The translations under genes and the position numbers were made by a program. Below, piece after piece: positions 1 through 14,479 of a stretch of 64,000 bases of DNA. Under the pieces are notes generated by a model, which was not told the origin of the DNA, did no database searches, and saw only the letters and a list, made by a program, of their open reading frames with translations. The stretch is from Chrysomallon squamiferum (lineage: Eukaryota > Animalia > Mollusca), in NCBI GenBank assembly GCA_012295275.1, contig CM022673.1, positions 5,828,001 through 5,892,000 on the forward strand, given 5' to 3'. How positions within the stretch are numbered: position 1 is the first letter of the stretch; each line of letters begins with the position of its first letter.

Positions 1-743
1 CTGTCAGCTTTTATTGCCTTGTGTGACCATGAGTTTTTGGTGTTTTTTTCTTCTTTTCTATCATTTCTGAAGTTTTTTTTAACTATATTAGTCTGATTAT
101 CGGTTTATCTGTGTGTCTTTCTGTCTCTTCGTATCTGTCATTAGTCTATTCATCAACTAGTGAATCAGTTAATCTATCTATCTATCTGTCTGGGTTTTTT
201 GTCTATTTATCTGCCTGCCTATCTCTCGATCTATCTCTCTGTATTTCTGTCTGTGTGTCTGTCTGCATATTTATCTATCCTCCTGTCTATCTATTTGTCT
301 ACATATACATATATCCAACTACCTAGCTACATATCTATGTTTATGTTTTAGTATTTTTGTTCATCTCCACAATTCTATCTATTTGTTGTTTGTTTTATCT
401 GCTTAATTTTCTCACTGTGCCTGAGCCTCGGTCATTTTGTTTTCTTAAAATCTTTTGTTCATTTCGTCTACGGCATTTCTCACTCTTTGCTTTCTTTGTA
501 AACTTTGTGCATTCTTTCATTCTTGCACTTGTCGCTGTTAGCTTTTTTTTTTTTTTTTTTTTTTTTCATTCTTTCATTTAATCTTTCATTCATCAGTCAT
601 TCACTGATTTATTTTCTTCGGTCGTTCATTAAATTCTTTATTTCGATAATCTTCTCTTTGCACTTTCTTTCGTGTCTTCCTCAACCTCATTAACTCTCTC
701 GTGCCATCCTTTCGTGCAAGTATCAGTTAGTTTCCTCAACGTA

Positions 744-774
<31 letters not shown>

Positions 775-1215
775 AATACACTCCAAATTAACATTCGCTC
801 CATATCTAAACCAATGCACGACCTAAGACATTTCTAACGATCACTCTTTGCAGCATCAATTAAATTTACACGTTTCATGAACCCTTGTCCAGTCTTTCGA
901 ACAGAAAACGTGAACCGTATCGATCACGGAGAAAGGGTTAACTCGGTGTTTGGAAATATAGAGAAACGCCAATAATTTGCAGTTTGCTTCGTGCCTGAAT
1001 CGCTAATCTGACTCGAACATGCATGGGTCAGAGCCAGTAAGGTAGAGAGCGTCGTTATAAATGTTCTTTCGATTGGTGACCGTATTTCCATCGGATAACG
1101 TTTCTGCTGAAATTAGAGGTGTGATGATTAAATGAAAGAAGTGACCTTATTACAAATGGTTTTGAAGTTGGACAAATGAATGCTGGCAAAACGATAAAGG
1201 TTTAACTGCAAGAGA

Positions 1216-1262
<47 letters not shown>

Positions 1263-1444
1263 TGAGAGAGAGAGGGAGGGAGTGAAAGAGAGAGAGAGAG
1301 AGAGAGTTAGAGAGAGAGAGTGAAAGAGATAGAGAGAGGGAGAGAGAAAAGAGTTGTAGTATATGACTATTACATTACTGGCAATGTGGATTTAATTTTA
1401 TCGTTCCAGTAAAAATACTGCATCTAATGCTAAAATAGAGCATC

Positions 1445-1550
1445 GTTGTGATATGCTTTGGTAGCAAGATCAGTCCCCAGCAGATCTATTGAGTAAGTTC
1501 TCGCACTGACCTGCCCATCAGTCCACTAGTGATAGGGTTTATCAAAGAGC
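1445..1550 (+). mobile_element. Heavily decayed SINE fragment
   Basis: A B-box-like AGATCAGTCCCC is followed by GTTTATCAAAGA (1537-1548), shared with the 20209 and 14664 copies. Confidence 0.4.
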
Positions 1551-1574
1551 CCCCTACCGGTAGGAAGGTGTGAA

Positions 1575-1632
1575 TAAGTGATCCCTAATCTCTAAGTGAT
1601 TGCTAATCTCTAAGTGATTGCTAATCTCTAAG
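1575..1632. repeat. 18-bp tandem repeat x3 (TAAGTGATTGCTAATCTC)
   Basis: Copies start at 1575, 1593 and 1611. Confidence 0.9.
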
Positions 1633-2879
1633 ACTAAAAGATTTCAGTGATCCTTTGCGCCTCGCATGCCACACTTATAAATAATTCTTCAAAGTTCTGT
1701 TACACAAAATATAATTAACTGCATTCTAAATAATTCACGAAGTAATTAGCCTCCATATACAAAAACTATTGTTTCAGATTCTAAAACATTACTAATCAAT
1801 ATTTGTTTTTTTTATCTGAGTGTAGTAGCAATGCCATTTCTATGCAATTAACAAACAAAAAAATATTATCATCAAAAACATATCCCAAAAGCGTGGAATC
1901 CGAATAAATAATAAATAAAGGAAAACAAAAATGTTCTATTTCCAGAACGCATTCTGTGTAACCAGTATTGTTCGTGATATCCAAATCCAGACGTATATGA
2001 AATCAGTAAACACGTGCTGAATGCAGTCAGAAGCAAATTAAATAAAAATATGAATTAAATATTGTCCCCAGCGATTTCTCAATTATGGAACGTACATCAT
2101 AATAATTGCATCTCAGTGCAGTAGAGGAGTCGCAACAGCCACAACGTCATTAGCAGCAGCATAAAGAACGTTACAGCAGCAGCTGCAATTAAGTGACAAC
2201 AAACCAGAATCAGCAGCAGATGAAAATACATAGACTGCAGCATTTACAACACCCACTACAACACCTACGTCGTCACAAATAACTAGATAAGCAAGAAAGT
2301 AAAGAATAAAAGCAACAACTATTACGATAACAACAAGGTCATCACCAACGTCATCGAAATTAGCGACAAGTTTTCAAAAAACAACTGTAAACTGCAACAT
2401 TAACACCAGTACCAAAAATAGACACCGACGTCATCACCAGAAAGGTGACAGCAAAAATATCATTACAAAAACAGCAGCTTCTATAAAAAAAAAAAAAAAA
2501 AAAAATTTAAAAATAAAAATTCTTCAATATAAACAGAATTTGCAGCCAAACCTTTATACGGTAACAAGATTAATAACAGCGTCATCATAACAAACATAGT
2601 TAGAAAACAAAATCATCCTTAGCAGCAACAAAAGAACACCTAACTTCAAAGTCATCATACAAAAGTGACACAGGCAACAATCAGTTCTGATATCAGTGAA
2701 ACGACAGTAAGGTATATAATTACACACTATCCACGACAACGACCCCAAAAATACTGAATTTTATTTCATTATTATGATATAATAATTAGTTTTTACTGTA
2801 ATGAAAAATAAAAATTAACAGCTGTTACAAACGTTCAAAATTTGTAGTTTAGTCATAAATAAATCGTTTTATTTTTTTA

Positions 2880-3385
2880 TTCATTATTATTGCTTCTGCT
2901 ACTACAACTACTACTTCTGCTACTGCTACTGCTACTACTATTAATACTACTACTACTGCTACTACTACTACTATGACCATAACCATTACTACTACTGCTC
3001 TTTCTGTTGCTACTTCCACTACTACTACTGTTACAACAACAACAACAGTAACGACTACTGCTACTATTATTGTTTCAATAACAATAGTAAGTACTACTAT
3101 TACTGCTACTACTACTACTTTTATTACTATTGATGCTATTTTTACCATTACTACAGCTGTTAGTATTGCTACTACTATTATTATTACAATTACTACAACC
3201 ACTACTACTATTACTATTGCTGCCATTAAAACTACTGCTACAACTATTATTCTTACTATTATTACAAATATTGCTGCTATTGCTACTAACATTACTACTA
3301 TCACTACCTCTTTCATTATTATTAGTAGTAATAGTAGCTGCAGTAGTAGCAGTAGTATTTTGAACAAAACAGCAGCAGCAGCAAT
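2880..3385. repeat. (ACT/ATT)n trinucleotide-rich low-complexity tract
   Basis: Direct reading. It produces spurious poly-T, poly-V and poly-L ORFs. Similar tracts lie at 5690-6030, 26680-26970, 45740-45990 and 56455-56665. Confidence 0.9.
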
Positions 3386-3941
3386 GTCATCAACATCGAC
3401 ATAATTGACGTTACACTAAGGATGATTAATGACAATGTTCTTTTCAGACAACGCTTTTAATTTGATTGGGAAGTGGGTTTTGATGTAAGGCAAACCAGTT
3501 TCATCATGCATTCTGTCTTTTTGATATTTCACCAGAGCATCTCAGTGAACATAAAACATAAAACATGTAGCAATTTAATGTATTAATCTTGCAACAACTA
3601 TGCAAAACTTTTTCTTTCTTCTTTTTTTTTTTTTTCTTCAGTTTTATGTGATCCAGCACGAGAAATAGATTTTTAATAATTTGTTTTTAATTTTAAAGTG
3701 CTTTTTTTTTATATATTTTTTTTAATTTTACAATTACAACAACATGAATAAAAGTTACTTATACTAATGAGATTACTATTACCACCATATCACTACTCAA
3801 TGAAGCACGTTTAAAACCACGACTACCAGTGCCAATAATACTACTTCTACAAATACTACTACTATTACTACTACTACTACTACAACAACTACAACTGCTA
3901 CAAAGAAGAAGTATGACTGAGATTGGTTGTATATATGTGTG

Positions 3942-4539
<598 letters not shown>

Positions 4540-5810
4540 GATACAAAAAGAGATAAGTAATGGATACATCATTCACTACATTAATAATAATAATAATAAT
4601 AATAAAAAGAAGAAGAATTGTTTTTAAAGGAGTTGATGGTGCAAACTACAGATGCCAGTCTCAGAGATATATTTTAGCGTGAGTTTATTCAAAAGAATGA
4701 AGCAACAACGTCTACCAAAACCCATAATCGAAATGAAGGTGCTCAGTTCTATACATTTATCTTTGGAAGGTGATTACGAATTTGCAAAGATTTACCGGGC
4801 TTCGGCCGAGAACTAGAATCGTATCTGATACTCTGATCACATCAGAATTTAATAATCTGAAACTAGAATTATCTCTGTTCTTAAAGTAGTCGCCTACAGC
4901 ATTTCCGTACCTACACCGCACACCTATAATGATAACGTTATCCATTTCTTCCCCTCTGTGCAATCTTTTAACGCTAAAATAATTACAATCTGGATGGCAA
5001 AGTTTTAAAAAACCCGCCTTACTAAATATTTTAATTGGTTAAACACCTCCACAAAAACTGCACGATTTAATTCACAGATTGTTGTAGCATTAGGCGCCAT
5101 GATTGCCAGCCTGGATTTATAAAAAAAACAAAAACGGTTTCATGCAGGACTATAAGGCGTTGGGAAATAATTGCCTTGCCATTGCCAATAACCTTAAGAA
5201 AAATTAAATTCTTTTGGTTGATTTTTTTTTTTAAGCCATTGGTAAAAATAAAAACATTAAAAAAAACAAAAATTTTTTTTTTTATTAGAAACTGAAAAAA
5301 ATTGTTTATTCGCTGTACTGTTGCCTGCTATTATTTTTTTTTAATTTTTAATTTTTTTTTTTTTTTTTTGGAGAATCCACACAAAGAAACCAATTTGTTT
5401 ATAATGAGCTACCTTTGAGGAAAATGAAAAGGCAAAGAAAACCTACAAAGAAAAGCATAAAAAATAATTTTAAATTAAAGACTGCGATTTAGAATCGTAA
5501 TCGAAGTAGGTTTTAAAGAACGGAATAAAAAATAAAAAAATAAAGAAAGAACGAAAAGGTAAATCTGCATGAAGATACGAAAAGAAAAAATATATTACTT
5601 TTAACATCAGAGATTATTTATATGTGATGACGTAAAAGATTCCATTGAGTCTTATGACAATAACATTTTAAATAACGTGTCGTGCATTCGATTATCATTG
5701 CTGCTGGTGTTATTATTACTACCACAACAACGATTATTGCTACTACTACCTCCTCCACCACCACCACCACAGCTACTTCTACTACTGATACTGCTGCTAC
5801 TACAACAGCT

Positions 5811-5960
5811 ACTACGACTACATCTACTGTTACTATTACTCATTTTACTTCTATTATCACGGTTACTTTTACTACTACTATTACTACTACGACTACATCT
5901 ACTGTTATTATTACTCATTTTACTTCTGTTATTACGGTTACTTTTACTACTACTATTACT
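5811..5960. repeat. 75-bp tandem duplication inside an (ACT)n-rich tract
   Basis: actacgactacatctactgtta...cattttacttct...acggttacttttactactactattact starts at 5811 and 5886. Confidence 0.85.
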
Positions 5961-8866
5961 ATCATAACTACAACAATAGCAACAACTCTATAGCTACAAA
6001 TTACTCCTACAACTTCTACAGCTATTATTTCTATTGACAAAATAATATCTTGTTGCTATAAGTAACAGAACAATACCAGGTTTCTCTGATAACAGTTAAT
6101 AACACACCCACAAGATTAATAATACATCGTTTAACCACTTATTTCTGTCATTAAATGTCTCTTAAAACATCGATTGAAATGCTTTATTAAGTCATCTTAC
6201 TAGATTTACGTAAAATTAGATCATAAAACGAAAGCAGAAAATATTAGCTACCGAAGCGGAAAAAAATCATATTTAGGAAGGTATTTATTGTTACAAGTCA
6301 TTAAATTTTAATTAGAAAAAAAAAGTGTTAATTCCTTTCATACTTTATGGAGTATGAAGAAATAACTACTTTTATCTTCCTGTAGAAAATAATCTAGGGT
6401 TGCTTATTGGCAGTGAGCTGTTGGAATAACGCTTGGTAGGTTTATCATATCATGTGCTTTCTCGGATATCTGAAAAAAATGTGTGTATGTGTATGTTTGT
6501 GGTTTGTGTGTGTATGTGTGTGTGTGTGTGTGTGTATGTATATGTGTGTGTATAAGTATATTTATGTGTGTGTGTGCGTGCGTGCGCATAAGCATGTTTT
6601 TATGTGTTTAAACAAAAAAATAAACTAGTAAACAAATACACAAATACACAAAATAAACAATGAAACAAACAAACAGATAAATAAATAAGTAAATAAATAA
6701 ATAAATAAACTAAACTTTTAAACATATGAATAAAAACAAAATGAACCAATACATATGAGCACCAATAAAAAAAAACAAAAAAAACCCCTAAACAACAAAA
6801 AACAACAACAAAAAACAAACAAACAAAAAACTCCCAAAAAACAAAAAACATATTTAATCGAACATCTTCGGAAAACAATGACAATGACAATGAATTTATT
6901 TGTTTTTTTTCGAATTTTAAGATAACAGTTTAAAGAAAAATGTTAATGTTGGAATAGAGCAATACCTTAATGTACGTGACATTAAAACGACACAGTTTAA
7001 AATACAAACCAAAAAAAAATAAAAATAAAAAAATAAAAAAAAATATATAATTATAAAACTGCAACACATATGAACTCTTTGTACGGAGCGCCTAAAGGGA
7101 TATCTTTTCTGAATAATTTTAATACTTTTTTCTTCTTGACAACAGATGAAACTGTTACTTTCAAACGTATGGCACCATTGGTGTTAATGAACAACGATAT
7201 GGAGCTGTTAGGTAAATGAGCTATCGGAGACGTTGTGAGACGTCGTGCATGTCGTGAGACTCAGAATACAGTACAGTATGTCAGGAATACGATGACCTCG
7301 TTTAGTTGATGTTCGTTTTGTGTTGAATAGATTATTATTGTTGTTGTTGTTGTTGTTGTTGGTTGTCGTTGGTGTTATTTATCAATATTACTATTGTTAT
7401 TGTTACTGTTATTATTATTATTATTGTTATTGTTTTTGTTTTTGTTGTTGGAATTGCAAATCTTCCAGAAATTTTTATTATTTTCCATCGTTTTCTTTTT
7501 CCTTTCTTTTTATTTCTTTATTAATGATTTCTTTGTTTCTTGATTAAGTTTCGATTTTATTCAATTCAGTTCAGTTCATTTTTATTTTTAATTTTTTTTT
7601 TTTTTTTTTTTAAATTAAATACAATTCCATTTTGTTAATTTAGACGTGTTTGACTTACATCAGTTCAGTATTCATCATTCAACACACCTCAGATGTTTTC
7701 AGGCCAACTCCACTTACTCAGATCAGAGCATTTCCATTCTATTCGATTTTAATTCCATTTAATTCCATTTAATTCAATCTAGATCTGTTTTATTCATTTC
7801 ATTTCGATTCGGTTCTTTTCCATCATTTTCATTCGGTCCATATTTTAAACTATTCACATAATTTCGATTTAATTCATTTGTATTCGGTAACAGACTAGTT
7901 CTGTTTTATTCCCTCCGTTTCGACTCAGTTCATTTTCCATTCTACTCAGTTCGGTTTCGATACCTACGTCCAGTCGAGCGGACGATCTTTCGGCTGTTTA
8001 CGTAAATCCACAGCCTGATTACGTCTCCCCCATTAACAACTTGCTGCATTCCACGACTTTATGGCGAGACGTAAATTGGAAGCGGTTCTTATGACGTTCT
8101 TCGAGATATAAATTCCCACGGAAGCGTTTGAGAATCAACAATGCCAGCGATTCCCGCTCTGGCGGTCGTTTATGTCATTGTACGTTTGAAATATCTTTGT
8201 AATAAAGAAGCATGTAAACGATAACATTTGATGCAAGGTTTATGGCCGTTTTTTAAACCAAGGTTAAAATATTACAAGGATGGAAAAAATTTGAAAAAAA
8301 AAAAAATAATAAAAAAAAAAAAAAAATAACATAAAAAAAAAAAAAAAAGAAAGAAAGTAAAAGAATAAGAAAAAAAAAAAAAAAAAATAAAAGAAGAGTA
8401 AAATATCTGGGATATTTTTGAACATGATTCACTGACTTAGAATGTTTCTTTTGTTGCAAAATGGATTCGGGACATCGTCCTGCATCGATTTTCTCGACGC
8501 TGGTGAAACCTCTTTAAATAAATTAGAAATATATCAAGCATAGATTTTGTTCTCCCTTCATAACGTCTTTCTTTTTTTTTTTTGCTTTTTTTGCAAATAA
8601 CTGGTCGATGACTGTCTGTTCGAAATGACGTTTCAAGATTACACCATGCTCCCCACTCCCTCGCCCCCCCAAAACCCCCCACCCCCGCATGCCGGTACCG
8701 TCACGATTGCATGAAGCTGCATATCAGTGATGATAGGATGAAAATTGAATTTTCTTCTCCAGATGAAATTGTCTGATAAATGTTTGATCTAAAAAGCATA
8801 ACCGTATAAAAAATACTGCTAAACGTTTTACTTCAGCTGTTTTTAATGGTTAAAAAGAAATTAAAT

Positions 8867-8905
<39 letters not shown>

Positions 8906-8989
8906 ATTAAATAAATAAATAAATAAATAAAAATGTATAAAGAGTTTACAGTCGATACAAAACTTTAAAACATAATACAGCTTTGTTTG

Positions 8990-9370
8990 CTTAAGTATAA
9001 CGTAAAATTCTGATAAATGTTTAACAGTGGAAAATTGACAAATGTTTGATTGTTGACGTATAACAATAAAATAGGGATTAAAGTTCGGAAGACAACAGTA
9101 AAATAGTAATAGATATTTTATTATGAACTTAAATGTAAAACAGATAAATATCTGATTTTGTAAATAAAAAATAAAAAAATAATAAAAATAAAATAAAAAA
9201 AAAAAATAAAATTAAAAAGTCTAAAATAAAATAATAAATTTGGAAACACAATGGTAAAATACTTATAAATAAATTGTGGAAACACAATGGTAAAAATACT
9301 GATAAATGTTTCATATGTGGAAATATAACAGTTAAAAAACGGATAAGTGTCTGACTTGTAACAGTAAAAA
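8990..9370. repeat. Decayed AT-rich tandem repeat (GTAAAATACTGATAAATGTT / GGAAACACAATGGTAAAATACT)
   Basis: A near-exact duplicate lies at ~9232-9306, with weaker copies either side. Confidence 0.6.
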
Positions 9371-10606
9371 ACACTTTTAAACATTAGAGCTAAAAACAAA
9401 TTCATTTTTCCCCCAGACGTTGCATGGCGTGACCTTTATCTACTGGAAGATTGCGTAATTGAATTTTACAACTTTTCGTGATGTCTGTTAATTTAAAATA
9501 TCCTGTTTTTTCTAGCGATACACTAAGTAACATGTCATTCTAAAATGACTCTGTATTACCTGTCACTGTATCTGTGTACGTAATCAATTAACTTAAATAT
9601 ATTAGGTTAATTTCCATTCCGAATATTGCTACATAAGAAATTACTTTAACGCGCCTTCGTATAGATATACCGTACCAACTTTTGTCGTATTTGCAGTCAT
9701 GGTGTCTAACTTATTTTTGATGCATAGGTTGATAAATATACTTGTTTATTTTTCCTTATTAGAAATAGTTTGATATCAGATGTAATGTAATGTTGCAATA
9801 AGTTTTATAAATTAAACGGTACGTCATGTTCAAAATAATCACGTGGAGAAGATGCAAATTATTTCAGTATAATAGCCTTTTAAATGAAAATACTACACCC
9901 GCCCACCCTTACACCCCTATATATAGACTACTGTTGCTTCTCCTTTTGCTAGCTATCAGTATCAAGAACAACAACAATATATATATATATGTGTGTACAC
10001 ACACACATACACACACATACTAAGACATACACACAAATGCTCAGACACACCAAGCAAAATTCAAACATTTACAAACAAACAAATACAAAATAACATTAAT
10101 AAATTAAACCATTTTACATAATTAAAGAAAGAAAATATAAAGTAGCTAATACAAAAAAAAAAAAAAAATAACTAAAGACACCTTCCTTGTCTAGACCAGT
10201 TTAAAGATATAAATTAAATTAATGAATATTTAACGATTCCTCTGCTTTAAAAAGCGGATCGATAAATCGATAAATCGACTCACATCGAGACTGCTGGCGG
10301 GTCATTCAGTGTATCGATATGTATGAATCAGTACATTTTTCTACAAATAGCTTTGACACTCGACATGAACATATGTGCATGATCTGTCTGTACAATTTTG
10401 TACCATGCCTTGGTTAAATGTTCAACTATGACTAGATGTGAGATAATCCCTGTACTGCTGTATATCTATCTGTCTGTCTGTCTATCTATGTTTCTATATA
10501 TATATATATATATTTCTGTCTATCTGTCTGTCTATCTATCTATCTATATGTATATCTATCTATCTATATCTATCTATATATGTGTGTGTGTGCATGTAAC
10601 TGCCTA

Positions 10607-10637
<31 letters not shown>

Positions 10638-10769
10638 CTATGTATGTATGTATGTATTACATATCAGAGAAGAAAGGGTAATTTCCGTACTAGAACTATA
10701 CTGGAACATGACAGTGTACACTACAGCATTTCATAAATCGTCACGGATCACTGGTTAGGGTGTAGGGGG

Positions 10770-10860
10770 CTGTAACGAGAATCGATCCAGGGACCCTGGT
10801 GTGCCTAACCCCTGTGTGCCTAAACCCTGTGTGCCTAACCCCTGAACTATGAGACGCTCC
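10770..10860 (-). mobile_element. tRNA-derived SINE head with an internal 15-bp triplication
   Basis: On the minus strand an A-box-like TAGTTCAGGGGTTAG precedes a B-box-like CTGGATCGATTCTC. GTGTGCCTAAMCCCT occurs three times at 10799-10843. Confidence 0.55.
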
Positions 10861-11326
10861 TTACGACGAGACTAAAGTGCAGGCTTAGAAAGTAATAACC
10901 GGTATTCCTTTTAAATTGAATATTCCGTCGAATCATTTGCCTGACAAACCTGTTAACGGTTTATTCAGAAATACATTATCAGCGAATGATTAACAGGCCT
11001 ATCAAATGAGGCTAACATCGCGCGGCATAAAACACAGCAAATTAAAAGATGAATATGGTTGATTTCATCAAGAAAGACGCGCCGAATGGCATTTTCTCCG
11101 AGTCGCCTTTGAAGACACCTCGTATTAATTTCCATTTTATATTCATTGCACATGAAATGGGTTCCTAAATGTCGTTTTTGTGTCGTGTTGCATGCGGCTT
11201 TATTGTTTAATCAGTTGCTGTGTTGTATCGGTTCTCTCTGTTCTAGATGTTTACGTTACCTTACGTTGAATATCAGCTTCATTATAGGGTATTTTAGTTA
11301 ATTAATTATATATATATATACTTTTT

Positions 11327-11357
<31 letters not shown>

Positions 11358-11400
11358 GTAAGTTGGGATGGGAGAGAAGCATGTTAGTTTATTTATGTAT

Positions 11401-11447
<47 letters not shown>

Positions 11448-11548
11448 TTATCATCATCATTAACATTGTCATCAAGTTAACCTTTCTCGTCATATTTCTT
11501 TATCTATCTCTTTCTTTTTGTATATTATTAATTAATTATTTAATTAAC

Positions 11549-11591
<43 letters not shown>

Positions 11592-11706
11592 TTAATCACG
11601 GATGTTTATTTGGAATAGATTAGAGAAGTCTTAGAATATATTAACACTGTGTTAAAATATTCAACTTTTCAATCAGCAGAACGTATTCGTCTTCTTCTAA
11701 TTCTTC

Positions 11707-11740
<34 letters not shown>

Positions 11741-11874
11741 CATCATCATCATCATCATCATCATTATATTTTTTCTTTAGGGTAAAACATTTATCTTCAA
11801 AAATGTATAATAATAATACAAAACAGTAAAAAAAAAAAAAAAAAAATACATAAATAAATAAATTAAAAAATGAA

Positions 11875-11925
<51 letters not shown>

Positions 11926-11965
11926 TAATAATAACAACAACAACAACAACAATAAAACCAGAAAA

Positions 11966-11996
<31 letters not shown>

Positions 11997-12569
11997 ATGA
12001 ACACTTCCAAAAACTGAAAAAACTTCTGAAACTTCAGTTTTGTTCAAGACTAATGACACAAGAGAAATTAATTTTAACGACGAACATTACCTCCAATACT
12101 GTATGAATACGCTTGACGAGTAAATAACCACTTGAAGTTTATCTATTGTAAATAATATAAGAAAACATATGTAAACACACTGACATATTTATTTCACTAC
12201 ATCCGCTTGAATGATGTTCAATAAAAACGATAATGAAATATGTAAATTTGTTACACGACAGATTCATATGCTTGTAATTCAAACATATCTGTTCGATAAC
12301 AACGATAAAAAAAAAATGTAAATATCTGACATGTATACCGGTAATATATTTTTTTCATAAAAATGCTGATTCGTGAATGCCAAGCTTTAATGTAAAAAAA
12401 TGTATATTATCCTTTTAATTTTGATAATGGGGACGTCGGTTCAAAATATGACAATTTCATTTTGAGAATTTATTATGGTTTTCTTGATTTGTTTAGATCG
12501 AATTTTTGAAAAGAAGGAAAGAAACATATTCTGCCGAAAGTATGTGACTGTTGTCAGAGATTCGGAAAT

Positions 12570-12900
12570 ATCCGCCAGAGGCGCATTAGGTTCTGGGATC
12601 GATTCTTTTCAGGATACCGGCTGTTGTTTTTCCCATTTCAATCAATGGAAATACTTTTTCTGCGCTGTCTGAATTCTAAGCATTTTTAATGGTGGAAATG
12701 TCAATAATAGCTGGAAGGTGGATGAGTTAGATGGAGAACAGATAAGAACCATGGGAATGACGGTTTCTAATGTTTGGAGCCGTCAAAGCGATGCACAATG
12801 TTCAATTAGATGTGAAAGTTAAAGTTTGTTTAAGTTAACGAAGCCGCTGGAAAACACTGATTAATTCTCCCCTCATCGGGTGTGGGATATCACTCATGAA
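12570..12900. mobile_element. SINE-like fragments (head near 12570-12650, tail-like piece near 12815-12900)
   Basis: A B-box-like GGGATCGATTC is present. The tail-like AAAGTTTGTTTAAGTTAACGA...CATCGGGTGTGGGATATCA resembles TGTTTAACGA...CGGCTATTGGACATCA at 24410-24480. Confidence 0.35.
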
Positions 12901-13850
12901 TGAATTTCTAAACAGCGTAATGTTATAAGCTTCTAAACAAGATATCGTTTTAAAGGATAGATGATATGCTAGATGTTAGATAAGAGATCATTCTAAAAAA
13001 ATAAGTTGTAAGGATTTCATATTCATTTCATTCGAAACACAATGTCGTTCTAAAAGAATAATAATACAACATTAATTACTTTCTAAAAGTGATATTGTTC
13101 TCAAAAGAATATTTTTCATTTTCTGAACAAGATTTCATTCTAAAAAATATAATGATACAACGTTTATTTCAACTTAATAAAATGTCGCTGTTATACCTCC
13201 TGAAGATAATTTCAGAATAACATGTAATTTGTTCAGTATTCTAAAATGATATCATGGTTCAAACATTCTAAATAATATCACAATAATTTTATAACTTTCT
13301 AAACATGATATCGCAGTTCTAAAAGGAAATATCAGAATAATCATTCTAAACAGTAACGGTATTGTAAAAAGATATCATGGTTGCAGCATTCTAAACAATA
13401 TCACAACTCTTTTACTACTTTGTAAATTGAATATCGCTATTCTGAAAGGAAATATCACAATATCATCGTTCTAAAACGTAACAATATTCTAAAAAGATAT
13501 CATTGTTGTATCATTATAAATAAGATTAGTCTAAAGAAAAATATATCGCTATTCTAAAATGAAATATTATAGTATTCTCATTCTAAAAAGTAGCAATAAT
13601 CTAAAAAGATATCATGGTTGCAGCATTCTAAATAATATCAGTCATTCTAAAAGGTATCATAGTTGCAGCATTCTAAATAAAATCAGTCTAAAATGAAATT
13701 TTATAGTAACCTCATTCTAAAAAGTAGCAATATTCTAAAAAGATATCATGGTTGCAGCATTCTAAATAATATCAGTCTAAAATGAAATATTATAGTGACC
13801 TCATTCTAAAAGGTAGCAGTATTCTAAAAAGATATCGCAATTTTCTAAGA
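12900..13850. repeat. Decayed minisatellite built from TTCTAAA subunits (higher-order unit about 90-120 bp)
   Basis: ttctaaaaagatatcatggttgcagcattctaaataatatca and tcattctaaaaagtagcaatattctaaa recur, and are best conserved at 13540-13850. Confidence 0.85.
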
Positions 13851-14479
13851 AAACGTCAACAGTATCTACTGTGCGAAGATAATTAAAACTGGAATTACAA
13901 TTTCACTGAACATATTGCCTTTCTTCTTCTTCTTCTTCTTCTTCTCTGTTTTTGTCATTTCCCTAATATAGCCCGCCTGCGCCGATTCTTCAGCAGGATT
14001 GTAAAATAAATGAAAACATCACTCCTACAGGTTTCAAACCATTCCGCTGAAAAATAGATACGTCAGAATTTGCCTCTGAAATGACAGCTGCAAAGCCAGA
14101 TGCCCAGCGAAACGCGTAATCTTCTCAGATGAGGAGTATTACGGAATAGATTCACCGGGCATGGAGGAATGGTTCTGCCAAATATAGACGGGGCATAGAC
14201 TGCCAAGTTATCTCCGCTTCGCTGGTTAAGCGTGTCTCGGTTTCGACACAGTTGCAAATATGTGTTAACCGTGATTGTCAACGAGGTGGTGGTAACATTC
14301 GCGTAGGTGTTAAATGTAGAAAACTATCGCCCTGATGATCCGTTGATTACCAGATGCATTCTTAACAGTGGTTGTTGTTGATGTGATTTGTTTGTTATGT
14401 TTGTTTTTTTTTTTGTTTATTTTTGAGGGTTTTTTTTTTGTTTTTGTTTTTGTTTGTTTGTTTGTTTTTTTGTTGTTTT

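Noticed and set aside
2973-3404. Thr-rich mucin-like ORFs (also 5682-5993 and 26651-26971)
   Set aside because: They are (ACT)n-derived, open in several frames and strands at once, with no signal peptide or flanking exons.
6344-6469. Possible minus-strand internal exon (tttttttcAG ... GTATGA)
   Set aside because: It has stops in all three frames, so it is not coding. It is retained only as a speculative non-coding exon.
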